A stretch of 64,000 nucleotides of DNA, taken from Deltaproteobacteria bacterium (GTDB lineage Bacteria > Desulfobacterota > Desulfuromonadia > Geobacterales > Pseudopelobacteraceae). The translations under genes and the position numbers were made by a program. Of the stretch, positions 45,063 through 53,914 are shown piece after piece. The stretch is taken from positions 4,948 to 68,947 of the forward strand of contig JACPFJ010000028.1 of the NCBI GenBank assembly GCA_016182975.1, read 5' to 3'. The notes under the pieces were generated by a model that searched no databases, was not told where the DNA came from, and saw only the letters and a list, made by a program, of their open reading frames with translations. The stretch's first letter is position 1, and every line of letters starts with the position of its first letter.

Positions 45063-46222
45063 GGATCGCCCTGAACGCGGTAGGGTTCGCACCCGGCAGG
45101 ATGGGGGGGATGGAGACCTACTTCCGTAACCTGCTCTTCAACCTGCAACGCCTGGAGGGGGGGGACAGCTATTCCGTCCTCTGCGACGAGCGCCATGCCG
45201 GCGAGTTCGACCTGACGAACAGCGCCTTCGGCTTCAGGTATCTCAACTATGCCAGGCCGTCGGCAAGATGGCTTCTGCGCGGCCTGCTGCGCAACCTGCT
45301 CGGCCTCGATCCCCTCTCCCTTGAGATGAGGGGGGTGGCTGCGGACCTGATCCATCATCCCTTCACGGTGCTGACGCCCCTCGGGATGCGGATACCATCG
45401 GTGCTGACCTTCTGGGACATGCAGCACGAGTTTTTCCCGGAGTTCTTCCCCCCGCTGGAACTGCGCAAGCGCAGGCGCATCTACCGGATGTCGGCGGAGC
45501 AGGCCACGCGCATCATCGTCAGCTCCGCCTTTACCGGCGAGTGCCTCATGGAGCGCTACGGCATCGACCGGCGCAGGATCGAGGTCATCCATACCGGCTT
45601 CGGCGGGGAGTACCGCGTGATCGACGACCGGGAGGCGCTGGAGCGGGTCAGGGCCAGGTACGCCCTGGAGCGCCCCTTTCTCTTCTACCCGGCCGCCACC
45701 TGGCCGCACAAGAACCACAAGACCCTGCTGGCCGCGCTGAGGATCCTGCGGGAGGAGTACCGATTCGACGGCGAACTGCTCCTCAGCGGCATCGCCATGG
45801 GTGCCCACGGCGACATCCTGGCCGAGATCGAACGGCTGGGGTTGGCGGGGAGCGTCAGGGTGCTGGGCTACCTCCCGTCCGGGGAACTCCCCTGCATCTT
45901 CAACCTGGCCAGGGTGATGGTCTTTCCCTCGCTCTTCGAGGGGTTCGGCATCCCGCTGGTGGAGGCCATGGCCTGCGGCTGTCCGGTGGCCTGCTCCAAC
46001 GTCACCTCGCTCCCCGAGGTCGCAGGCGATGCCGGGGCGCTCTTCGACCCGCACTGCGCGGAGGAGATGGCCGAGCGGATCTGGCAGCTCTGGAGCGACG
46101 ACGAACTGCGGGCGACCCTCCGGCGGCGCGGCCTGGAGCGGGCGCGGCTGTTCGACTGGCAGGAGACGGCCCGGAAAACCGTCGCGGTGTACAGGACGGC
46201 GGCGGCAGAGGGGCAGCCATGA
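45059..46222 (+). CDS. Glycosyltransferase family 4 (GT-B)
   Basis: Start at MRIALNAV (ATGA overlap). 'FPSLFEGFGIPLVEAMACGCPVACSNVTSLPEVAGDA' is the GT4 signature. Confidence 0.8.
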   Translation: MRIALNAVGFAPGRMGGMETYFRNLLFNLQRLEGGDSYSVLCDERHAGEFDLTNSAFGFRYLNYARPSARWLLRGLLRNLLGLDPLSLEMRGVAADLIHHPFTVLTPLGMRIPSVLTFWDMQHEFFPEFFPPLELRKRRRIYRMSAEQATRIIVSSAFTGECLMERYGIDRRRIEVIHTGFGGEYRVIDDREALERVRARYALERPFLFYPAATWPHKNHKTLLAALRILREEYRFDGELLLSGIAMGAHGDILAEIERLGLAGSVRVLGYLPSGELPCIFNLARVMVFPSLFEGFGIPLVEAMACGCPVACSNVTSLPEVAGDAGALFDPHCAEEMAERIWQLWSDDELRATLRRRGLERARLFDWQETARKTVAVYRTAAAEGQP

Positions 46223-47016
46223 AGTTTTCGATCATAACCGTAACCCTGAACAGCGAACGCCACCTGGCGGAGTGCATCGGGAGCGTCCTTGGCCAGGAGA
46301 ACGCCGAACTGGAGCAGATCCTGGTGGACGGCGGCTCGACCGACGGCACACTCGACATCGTCAGGCGCTTTGCGGCCGTTGATCCCCGGCTGCGCTGGAT
46401 CTCCGGGCCGGACGCGGGGATCGCGGACGCCTTCAACAAGGGATTGGCCCTGGCCACCGGCGAGCTGATCGGCATCCTCAATTCGGACGACGCCTATGCG
46501 CCGGGGGCGCTGTCGCGGGTGGCGGCGGCGTTTGCCGACCATCCGGGGTGCGACGTCTTCCACGGCGACATGGAGCGTTTCCGCGACGACACCCCCCTGT
46601 TCGTGCTGAAACCCGCTCCCGTGGGAGAGAACATCTGGTACGAGATGCCGGTGAACCATCCGGCCACCTTCGTCACCGGGCGCGCCTACGACAAGGTCGG
46701 CCGCTTCGATCCCCGCCTGAGGGTGGCCATGGATTACGAGCTCGTGCTGCGGCTCTACCTGGCCGGCTGCCGCTTCCATTACATCCCCGCGCTCCTGGCC
46801 CGCATGCGCTACGGGGGGGCCAGCGACGACCGCTTCATTCAGGCCCGGCAAGAGGTGGTCGCAGTTACCGTCCGGGCGGGGTATCCCAGGCACAAGGCCT
46901 GGTTCTGGTTCTGCCTGAGTATCCTCAAAAGCTCGCTGAAGAACCTCTTGCGCCGGCTTCGGCTCCATGCGCTGATCCGCCTGCACCCCAGGTTCAGGCC
47001 CGGCGCCGGGCGCTGA
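46219..47016 (+). CDS. Glycosyltransferase family 2
   Basis: 'FSIITVTLNSERHLAECIGSVLGQ...ILVDGGSTDGT' and 'LNSDD' (DxD). ATGA overlap. Confidence 0.85.
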   Translation: MKFSIITVTLNSERHLAECIGSVLGQENAELEQILVDGGSTDGTLDIVRRFAAVDPRLRWISGPDAGIADAFNKGLALATGELIGILNSDDAYAPGALSRVAAAFADHPGCDVFHGDMERFRDDTPLFVLKPAPVGENIWYEMPVNHPATFVTGRAYDKVGRFDPRLRVAMDYELVLRLYLAGCRFHYIPALLARMRYGGASDDRFIQARQEVVAVTVRAGYPRHKAWFWFCLSILKSSLKNLLRRLRLHALIRLHPRFRPGAGR

Positions 47017-47033
47017 TCAAGAAGGAGAACGAC

Positions 47034-48155
47034 GTGCGCATAGCAATCGACGCCTCGACCATATCCACCCAGGGAGGTCCCCGCACCTACGTCCTCGGTC
47101 TTGTCGAGGCCCTGCTGAGGCTTGACCGGGAAAACGAATACGTGGTTTTCTACAACGACCCGGCGCACCTCGGCCGCTTCCCACGGGCCAGGGAGGTCGT
47201 GCTCCCCGGCAAGAGCCCGCTCGCCAGGCTCTGGCGGGAGCACCTGCTGCTGCCGCTGGCCTGCAAAAGGGAACGGATCGATCTGCTCCACTGCCCGAAG
47301 AGCGCCATCCCCTTTCGCTCCCCCTGCCCGACGGTGGTGACGCTGCACGACCTGATCCCGATCCGCCACCCGGAGACCGAGACCGTTGCGGCCCGCCTCT
47401 ACTGGCGTCTGCACATCCCGGCGGCGGCCAGGCAGAGCGATTTCGTCATCACCGATTCCGAGCATGCCCGGCGGGAGATCATCGCCGCCTTCGGCGTCTC
47501 TCCCGAGCGGGTCCGCGCCATCCTGCTCGGCTTCGACCCGGCGATGCTGGCGCAGCGCGACGGGGCGCACGGCGCAAGGCTTCGGCGGCGCTACGCCCTG
47601 CCGGAGGGTTACATCCTCTACGTCGGCACCATCCAGCCGCGCAAGAACCTGGACACGCTCATCGAGGCCTACGCCCGCCTGCGGCGGGAAGGGGGAGTCG
47701 AGCGCAAGCTGGTGATCGTCGGCAGGAAGGGGTGGCTCTGCGAGAGCCTCTTTGCCCGCATCGCCCGCCACGGGTTGCAGGACGAGGTGCTCTTCACCGG
47801 CTTCGTGCCCGACGGGGAGCTGCCCTATCTCTACGACGGGGCCGCCGTCTTCGTCTACCTCTCCCTGTTCGAGGGTTTCGGGCTGCCGCCGCTGGAGGCT
47901 ATGGCCTGCGGCGTGCCGGTCATCACCTCCAACAGCACCTCGCTCCCGGAGGTGGTCGGCGATGCCGGCATCACCGTGGACCCGCTCGACCAGGCGGTCG
48001 TGGCGGATGCCCTGCGACGGGTGCTGGAGACCCCGGAGCTGGCGCAACGGATGACCGCCGCGGGGCGCGCCAGGGCCGCGGGGTTCTCCTGGGAGAGGTG
48101 TGCCAGGGAGACGCTGGAGGTGTACGGCATGGTTTTAAAAGCGCACAATTCATGA
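47034..48155 (+). CDS. Glycosyltransferase family 4 (GT-B)
   Basis: GTG start 7 nt after GAAGGAG. 'YLSLFEGFGLPPLEAMACGVPVITSNSTSLPEVVGDA'. Confidence 0.85.
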   Translation: MRIAIDASTISTQGGPRTYVLGLVEALLRLDRENEYVVFYNDPAHLGRFPRAREVVLPGKSPLARLWREHLLLPLACKRERIDLLHCPKSAIPFRSPCPTVVTLHDLIPIRHPETETVAARLYWRLHIPAAARQSDFVITDSEHARREIIAAFGVSPERVRAILLGFDPAMLAQRDGAHGARLRRRYALPEGYILYVGTIQPRKNLDTLIEAYARLRREGGVERKLVIVGRKGWLCESLFARIARHGLQDEVLFTGFVPDGELPYLYDGAAVFVYLSLFEGFGLPPLEAMACGVPVITSNSTSLPEVVGDAGITVDPLDQAVVADALRRVLETPELAQRMTAAGRARAAGFSWERCARETLEVYGMVLKAHNS

Positions 48156-48171
48156 AAACCGGGGTGTACCC

Positions 48172-50598
48172 ATGACGGAACGAAGGAAGACGCTGCTGGC
48201 GCTTGGGGTGCTGCTCGGCGTCCTGATCCTCTTCTTCGGCAAGATCCTCTTCACCGACAAGATCATCAGGGCGCCGGACATCATCAACGAATACTACTGG
48301 AGCGTGGTCAGCCTCTCCAAGCAGAGCCTGGGCGATGTCTTCAGGCTGCATCTCAGCGCCGACTGGGACATCTTCAACAACACCGGCAACACCCTGGAGG
48401 GGGGAGGACAGGGAAACAGGTTCCTCTTCTGGCAGGGGCTGCTCTACAAGCTGATCCCGCCGCCGGCCAGCGTGGCCTGGTTCATCGTGCTGCACCTTTT
48501 CGCCGCCGCCGCCGGCGTCTTCATGCTCTGCCGGGCCATCGGCTGCGGCAGGTTGGCGGCGGTCGCCGCCGGGCTGGTGTTCGCCCTGGCGCCGGAGAAC
48601 GCCTCGCTGATCAACGCCGGCCACGTGCTGAAGATCGCCACCATCTGCGTGGCGCCGTGGGCCTTTTATTTCCTGGAGCGGGGCCTCCAGAGCCGCCGCC
48701 CCCTATTCTTCATGACCGCCGGCTTTGTCCTGGCCCTGCAGTTCTTCTACACCCACTGGCAGATCGCCTTCTATACCTGCCTGGCCGTGGCCCTCTACGC
48801 CCTCACGAGGAGCGCCGCCATCATCATGGCCGAAAGGCAGGAACGGCCACGCCTGGCCGGAAGGCTGTTCTTGCTCAACCTCGTGGTCCTGGTCTTTTTC
48901 CTCACCACCGTGGCCATGGACCTGATGCCTCTGGCCAAGTGGTCCAGCGAGACCAACCGCGGCGCCCTTTCCGGCGCCAACCAGGGGAAGGGGGGGCTCA
49001 ACCGCGAGGAGGCCATGCTCTGGTCCATGCCGCCGGAAGAGCTGGCGGCCTTCGCCATTCCCGGCATGTTCGGCTTCTCCCGCCAGGAGGGGGGTGAAAA
49101 TCCCACCAACATCGGCGCCTACTACTGGGGGCGGATGATCTTCACCCAGACCACCAGCTATCTGGGGCTGCTCCCCTGGCTGCTCTTGCCCCTGCCGCTC
49201 CTCTTCCGCCGCGACCGCTACACCTGGATCGCCCTGGCCGGGGTCGTGCTGGGCCTTTTGTTCTCGATGGGGAAGTTCACCCCCTTCTACAACCTCCTCT
49301 TCGACCACTTCCCGGGGGTCAACCGCTTTCGCGTCCCGAAGATGATCATGTTCATCCCGGTACTCGCCATGGCGTTTTTGAGCGGGATCGGACTGACTCT
49401 CCTGCGTGACGAGGCGGTGCGGACCGCGCGGAGATTCAGGGGATACCTGCTGGCGGTCGCCGCCCTGCCGCTGCTCTTGCTCCTGCTGTTGGCCGTGGAG
49501 AAGGCGGGGGAGGCGTTCTGGATCACGAGCCTCATGGAACTGCTGGCCCAGCCGACCCGCTATCAGCAGGGTGCACAACTGGTGGCGCAGCGCTGGAACA
49601 ACCTCGTCGCGGAAACCGCTATCGCGGCCGCTTTCGCGGCGGCCTACGCCCTGGTCCTCTGGGTGGGCTGCCGGCGGCCGCGACTTGCCACGGCCGTGCC
49701 GCTCCTGCTCGTCCTGCTGTTCCTGGCGGACGTGGGGCGGGTGAACGCCAAGTTCCTCTTTCTGGTCGATGAACCGCGGGAGACCTCCCACGCATTCACC
49801 ACCCCGGCCATCGAGTTCCTGCGCACCAAGCCGCACGAGTACCGGGTGCTGCCGATGAACGGCACGTCGGGGCCGTACTCGGCCAAAAGGATACCGGTGC
49901 TCTTCGTCCCGATGCCGGTGCAACAGCAGCGCTGGCAGGAGTTTCTCGACGCCCTGGTCCTGACCAGCGCCATGCCGGATATCGTCAACCTGAAATACCT
50001 GGTCATGAGCGGGGAGCAGTACCAGCGGGAAAAGGGGAGTATCGGCGACCGCTACGTTCCGGTCTTCCAGGCGCCGGACGGGAGCGAGGTGGTGCTGGAG
50101 AACCGCCGGGTGCTTCCCAAGGGGTGGCTGGTGCCGTCGGTGGCGCTGGCAAGCCGGCCGGGGGAGGCGCTGACCCTCATGCAGAACAGCGCCTTCGATC
50201 CGCGCCGCCTGGCCATTGTGGAAGTGGCGCCGCCGTTCGCGATGTCGCCGCCGGACAGGGCCGCCGGCGGGGCGGGTGAGGTGGTTCTCGGCCGCTACGA
50301 GGGGCTGCGGATCGACCTGACCGCAAGAGCAACGGTCAATGCCCTGCTGGTCCTGGGGGAGAAGTACTACCAGGGGTGGAAAGCGACGGTGGACGGCAGG
50401 CCGGCCGAGATCCAGCGGGTCAACCACATCCTGCGCGGGGTCTATCTCACCCCCGGAGAGCACCGGGTCGAGTTCGTCTTCGATCCGCTGCCGTTCAAGA
50501 TCGGCAAGTACCTGACCCTGGCCTCGTTCGCCCTGTTCGCCGCCCTGCTGGTGCGGGAGTGGCTGCTGCGCCGCGGCAGGGTGAGGAGTGAGGAGTGA
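48172..50598 (+). CDS. Large polytopic membrane protein, YfhO/GT-C-like (putative glycan transferase or polymerase)
   Basis: 808 aa. Many TM segments over the first 560 aa or so, a large C-terminal extracytoplasmic domain and a final TM. The family call is from overall architecture only. Confidence 0.45.
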   Translation: MTERRKTLLALGVLLGVLILFFGKILFTDKIIRAPDIINEYYWSVVSLSKQSLGDVFRLHLSADWDIFNNTGNTLEGGGQGNRFLFWQGLLYKLIPPPASVAWFIVLHLFAAAAGVFMLCRAIGCGRLAAVAAGLVFALAPENASLINAGHVLKIATICVAPWAFYFLERGLQSRRPLFFMTAGFVLALQFFYTHWQIAFYTCLAVALYALTRSAAIIMAERQERPRLAGRLFLLNLVVLVFFLTTVAMDLMPLAKWSSETNRGALSGANQGKGGLNREEAMLWSMPPEELAAFAIPGMFGFSRQEGGENPTNIGAYYWGRMIFTQTTSYLGLLPWLLLPLPLLFRRDRYTWIALAGVVLGLLFSMGKFTPFYNLLFDHFPGVNRFRVPKMIMFIPVLAMAFLSGIGLTLLRDEAVRTARRFRGYLLAVAALPLLLLLLLAVEKAGEAFWITSLMELLAQPTRYQQGAQLVAQRWNNLVAETAIAAAFAAAYALVLWVGCRRPRLATAVPLLLVLLFLADVGRVNAKFLFLVDEPRETSHAFTTPAIEFLRTKPHEYRVLPMNGTSGPYSAKRIPVLFVPMPVQQQRWQEFLDALVLTSAMPDIVNLKYLVMSGEQYQREKGSIGDRYVPVFQAPDGSEVVLENRRVLPKGWLVPSVALASRPGEALTLMQNSAFDPRRLAIVEVAPPFAMSPPDRAAGGAGEVVLGRYEGLRIDLTARATVNALLVLGEKYYQGWKATVDGRPAEIQRVNHILRGVYLTPGEHRVEFVFDPLPFKIGKYLTLASFALFAALLVREWLLRRGRVRSEE

Positions 50599-50608
50599 GG
50601 AGTGAGGA
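50581..50608. repeat. Four tandem GTGAGGA heptamers spanning a gene junction
   Basis: Read directly. The array contains the TGA stop of the upstream gene (50596-98) and the GTG start of the next gene (50595) plus GAGGAG. Confidence 0.9.
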
Positions 50609-51320
50609 GACCATCGACGAGGTGAAGGGGTACGGCCTGCGGATCATCCAGCCGCGCCACGGTTACCGTTTTTCGCTGGACCCCCTCCTCCTGGCCGATT
50701 TCGTCGCCTGCGGCGATGATGCCCGTATCGTCGACCTGGGGTCCGGCTGCGGGGTGCTGGCGCTGCTCCTGGCAAGGCGCTTCCCCGGCTCCTCCGTGGT
50801 GGCGGTGGAGAAGCAGGCCGCCATGGCGGATCTCGCCCGGAGGAACGCCGCTCTCAACGCCCTCGCGGAGCGGGTCGCGGTGCTGGAGGTAGACGTCCTC
50901 GACCTGCGGAGCCGATTCGCCGTGTCCGGCTTCGACGCCGTGGTCTCCAACCCCCCCTTCCGCGTCCCCGGCACGGGACGCGTCAGCCCCAGGGAGGGGC
51001 GCGACCTGGCGCGGCACGAGTCCACGGCCGGGCTGGCCGACTTCCTGCTGGCGGCCAAGTACCTGGTCAGGCCGGCGGGGCGGATCTTCTTCATCCACCA
51101 CCCCTCGCGCCTGGCGGAGTTCGCGGCCCTGGCGAGGGAAAACCGGCTGGCGCTCATCAGGCTGAGGCTGGTGCACGGCAGGATCGGGGGCGAGGCGGGG
51201 ATGTTCCTGGCCGAGCTGGCCAAGGGGAGCAGGGGGGCGACCACGGTCATGCCGCCTTTGATCGTCTACGGCGAGGACGGGGGGTACACCCCGGAGGTGC
51301 GGGCGATACTGGGGGAGTGA
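50595..51320 (+). CDS. SAM-dependent N6-adenine methyltransferase, tRNA1(Val) m6A37 (YfiC/TrmN6)-like
   Basis: 'IVDLGSGCGVLALLLA' and 'VVSNPPFR' (NPPF). 241 aa. Confidence 0.65.
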   Translation: MRSEETIDEVKGYGLRIIQPRHGYRFSLDPLLLADFVACGDDARIVDLGSGCGVLALLLARRFPGSSVVAVEKQAAMADLARRNAALNALAERVAVLEVDVLDLRSRFAVSGFDAVVSNPPFRVPGTGRVSPREGRDLARHESTAGLADFLLAAKYLVRPAGRIFFIHHPSRLAEFAALARENRLALIRLRLVHGRIGGEAGMFLAELAKGSRGATTVMPPLIVYGEDGGYTPEVRAILGE

Positions 51321-51470
51321 GCAGGGGACGCCGGCGGCTGCTCCGGATGAGTTGCCGGCCTTGCTGCAGGCGGAGTCTGTCCCGCTGTTGTCCGGCTGCG
51401 AGATTATTGTCTTGCCGTATCTGATTTCGGCGCTATCCTGCTTGTAAGATCGTACGAAGGAAGGCGTGAA

Positions 51471-52373
51471 ATGGCAAATCTCTGGACGGCAATCGGACTG
51501 ACGCTCCTGGCGGGGCTGGCCACAGGCATCGGCAGCGCGATCGCTTTTTTTGCCAAGCGGACGGACTACCGCTTTCTTTCTGTTGCGACGGGCTTTTCGG
51601 CCGGGGTGATGCTCTACGTCTCGTTCGTGGAGATATTCTTCGAGGGGGGAAAGTCGCTGGGCAGGGTGTACGGGGAGTACTGGGGGCATTGGGTGAACGC
51701 GGCCGCGTTCTTCGGCGGCATCGTCCTGATCGGCCTCATCGACAACCTGGTTCCCGCGGCGGAGAACCCCCACGAGACCCATTCCGAGCAGGAGACGGCC
51801 CCGCTGCGCAACGAATCCGCGCCCATGCCGCTCTTCAATATCGTCGCTGCCGAACCCGACCGTCTCCCCTTCGGCACCCACGACCACCACTTGCAGAACC
51901 GAAAACTCCATCGCATGGGGCTGTTCACGGCGCTGGCGATAGGGATTCACAACCTGCCCGAGGGGCTGGCGACCTTTCTCGCCGCCCTGGAAAACCCCAA
52001 GGTTGGCGTGGCAATCGCGATTGCCATTGCCCTGCACAACATCCCCGAGGGGATAAGCGTTTCTGTGCCGATCTTCTACGCCACCGGCGATCGCCGCAAG
52101 GCCTTTGTCTATTCGCTCTTGAGCGGCCTTGCGGAACCGGTCGGCGCGGGTATCGCCTACCTGGCGCTGGTGATGTTCCTGGGGGGCGATTCCGGCGCGA
52201 TCCCGCCGCAGATAACCGGCATCCTCCTGAGCGGCGTGGCCGGTATCATGGTCTTCATCAGCCTCGATGAGCTGCTGCCGACGAGCCGGGCCTACGGCAA
52301 GGGGCACGACAGCGTCTACGGGCTGGTGGCGGGCATGGGCGTCATGTCGCTGAGCCTCTTGCTGATGAAGTGA
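51471..52373 (+). CDS. zupT: ZIP-family zinc transporter ZupT with an extended His-containing loop
   Basis: '[13 protein letters not shown]', '[10 protein letters not shown]' and '[15 protein letters not shown]' are ZupT/ZIP motifs. 300 aa. Confidence 0.8.
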   Translation: MANLWTAIGLTLLAGLATGIGSAIAFFAKRTDYRFLSVATGFSAGVMLYVSFVEIFFEGGKSLGRVYGEYWGHWVNAAAFFGGIVLIGLIDNLVPAAENPHETHSEQETAPLRNESAPMPLFNIVAAEPDRLPFGTHDHHLQNRKLHRMGLFTALAIGIHNLPEGLATFLAALENPKVGVAIAIAIALHNIPEGISVSVPIFYATGDRRKAFVYSLLSGLAEPVGAGIAYLALVMFLGGDSGAIPPQITGILLSGVAGIMVFISLDELLPTSRAYGKGHDSVYGLVAGMGVMSLSLLLMK

Positions 52374-52404
52374 GGCGGCCGCGCAGGGGGCGGGGAAAGA
52401 GAAA

Positions 52405-52431
52405 GGGCGCCCGGTCAGGGCGCCCTTTTTT
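52405..52431. terminator. Bidirectional hairpin terminator between the convergent zupT and cheX-like genes
   Basis: GGGCGCCC-ggtca-GGGCGCCC followed by TTTTTT. Confidence 0.65.
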
Positions 52432-52451
52432 GCTGTCTGCCGCCGGGTTAA

Positions 52452-53318
52452 TCACCGGCGAATCAAAAGGATCAGTTCCATCTTTTCCCCCTCGCCCACA
52501 TGGATCGGAAAGCAGAGGGCGGTGTGCCCCTCGGGCACCGGCAGGCCGGTTGCCGGGGGGTGGATGGCGACCGGGGGGTTGATGTCGATGATTGCGCCCA
52601 TCTGCGAGGCCTTGGCGGCCACGTTGCCGCAGACTACGTTGACGAACTCCATGACCGTGTCTTCCAGCACCTCCGTAGGCTCGTTCTCCACGGACTCTTC
52701 CCGCAGGATGGCCCTGGCGACCCTCTTCTGGAGACCCTGCGAAACCGAGATGAGGTAGCGCGCCTGCACATCGCCGCTAAGGTCCATGGCCGCCATCATG
52801 AAGTTAGCGTCCAGCGAGGCGACCGACCGGCATTTCTCCGCCCGGAACTGGATATCCAGCACGCGGGTGATCATCTTGTAGGTCAGGTCGGCGGTCATCT
52901 CCCATATCCTGCTGTTGGGAACGCCGGCGGGAAGCTCGATCCGGTCGGTCACGTAGCGCGCCTGGTCGGCCTTGAATTCCTCCAGGTATTGGCGCAACTG
53001 CGCGGAGGTCAGGGCGCCCACCAGGACCAGGGCCTCGCCGATGTAGAGGTGGGTCTCCTTCTGCCGCGCAATGACCACGCCCAGCCGCTCGATTGTCAGG
53101 ATGCCCATCTCCACCAGCAGGTCGCCCAGTTTCATGTCCTTGGAAAGCTGGGCATTGTGGGCGCGGTCGATATCCTTTTGGGTGACGTAGCCCATTGCCA
53201 GCGCCATTTCGCCGAGCTTAAGGTTCTTCTGTTCCTGCAACTCGATCGCCTTGAGAAGACCATCGCGGGAAACGATCCCTTTTTCCACCAGAAACTGCCC
53301 GAAGAATTTAACCGCCAT
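52452..53318 (-). CDS. Fusion of four tandem MshEN-type (T2SSE_N) 24-residue motifs to a CheX/CheC-like CheY-P phosphatase domain
   Basis: The N-terminal motifs have 5-residue spacers (see finding). The C-terminal 'LEDTVMEFVNVVCGNVAAK...INPP' fits the CheC/CheX [D/S]xxxExxN...P signature. Confidence 0.6.
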   Translation of the reverse strand: MAVKFFGQFLVEKGIVSRDGLLKAIELQEQKNLKLGEMALAMGYVTQKDIDRAHNAQLSKDMKLGDLLVEMGILTIERLGVVIARQKETHLYIGEALVLVGALTSAQLRQYLEEFKADQARYVTDRIELPAGVPNSRIWEMTADLTYKMITRVLDIQFRAEKCRSVASLDANFMMAAMDLSGDVQARYLISVSQGLQKRVARAILREESVENEPTEVLEDTVMEFVNVVCGNVAAKASQMGAIIDINPPVAIHPPATGLPVPEGHTALCFPIHVGEGEKMELILLIRR

Positions 53319-53363
53319 GTTCAGATCCCTTGTATGTGATTAAATAGAAGTACCGGAGATATC

Positions 53364-53723
53364 TCAGAGCTGCCGCAGGATCTGCAGGACGTTGTCAGGC
53401 TCGAACGGTTTGGAAATGACGTTCTTGGCCCCCAATTTGAGCGCCTCGGTGAACTTGTCCCCGACGCCCCCCAGCGAGGTGACCATGACCACCTTGACCT
53501 CCTTGTCAAGCACCACCAGGCTGCGCAGGGCGGTCAGCCCGTCCATGCCGGGCATGTTCATGTCCATGCAGATGATGTCGGGGTTATCCGTATGGTTCAT
53601 CTTGATGGCCTCGGCGCCGTTTTTCGCATGCCCGATGCAGGTGAACTCACCGGATTCGTTGATGATCTTTTCGAGTTGACGGGCCACCGAAAGGCTGTCG
53701 TCGACTACCAGGATACTTTTCAT
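53364..53723 (-). CDS. cheY: Single-domain CheY-like response regulator
   Basis: Start at MKSILVVDDS (ATG 53723, with GAGGAGG upstream). 'ICMDMNMPGMDG', 'VMVTS' and 'SKPF'. 119 aa. Confidence 0.8.
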   Translation of the reverse strand: MKSILVVDDSLSVARQLEKIINESGEFTCIGHAKNGAEAIKMNHTDNPDIICMDMNMPGMDGLTALRSLVVLDKEVKVVMVTSLGGVGDKFTEALKLGAKNVISKPFEPDNVLQILRQL

Positions 53724-53914
53724 CAGCTGTTTTCCTCCTCGTCTTGAGACGGTCGGCCAAAACCAGTGGTCCCCGCTGCGGAACGCGAACCGTGGGAACA
53801 CGTCGCAACATATATACGAAACAGGTTTGAAAGTCAAAACTATGTTTACCTTTTCACACCGGCCAATATATGCTATAAAAATAGACTATTCCACTCACAA
53901 GGAGACACATTGCG

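Noticed and set aside
44351-46222. 623-aa ORF. Likewise the N-terminal extensions of 20992..23295, 36664..38292, 46548..48155, 57559..59904 and 45541..47016.
   Set aside because: The N-terminal parts are out-of-frame overlaps of the preceding, well-supported genes. Family similarity begins at internal starts that have RBSs or ATGA/GTGA coupling (45059, 22923, 36919, 47034, 57727, 46219).
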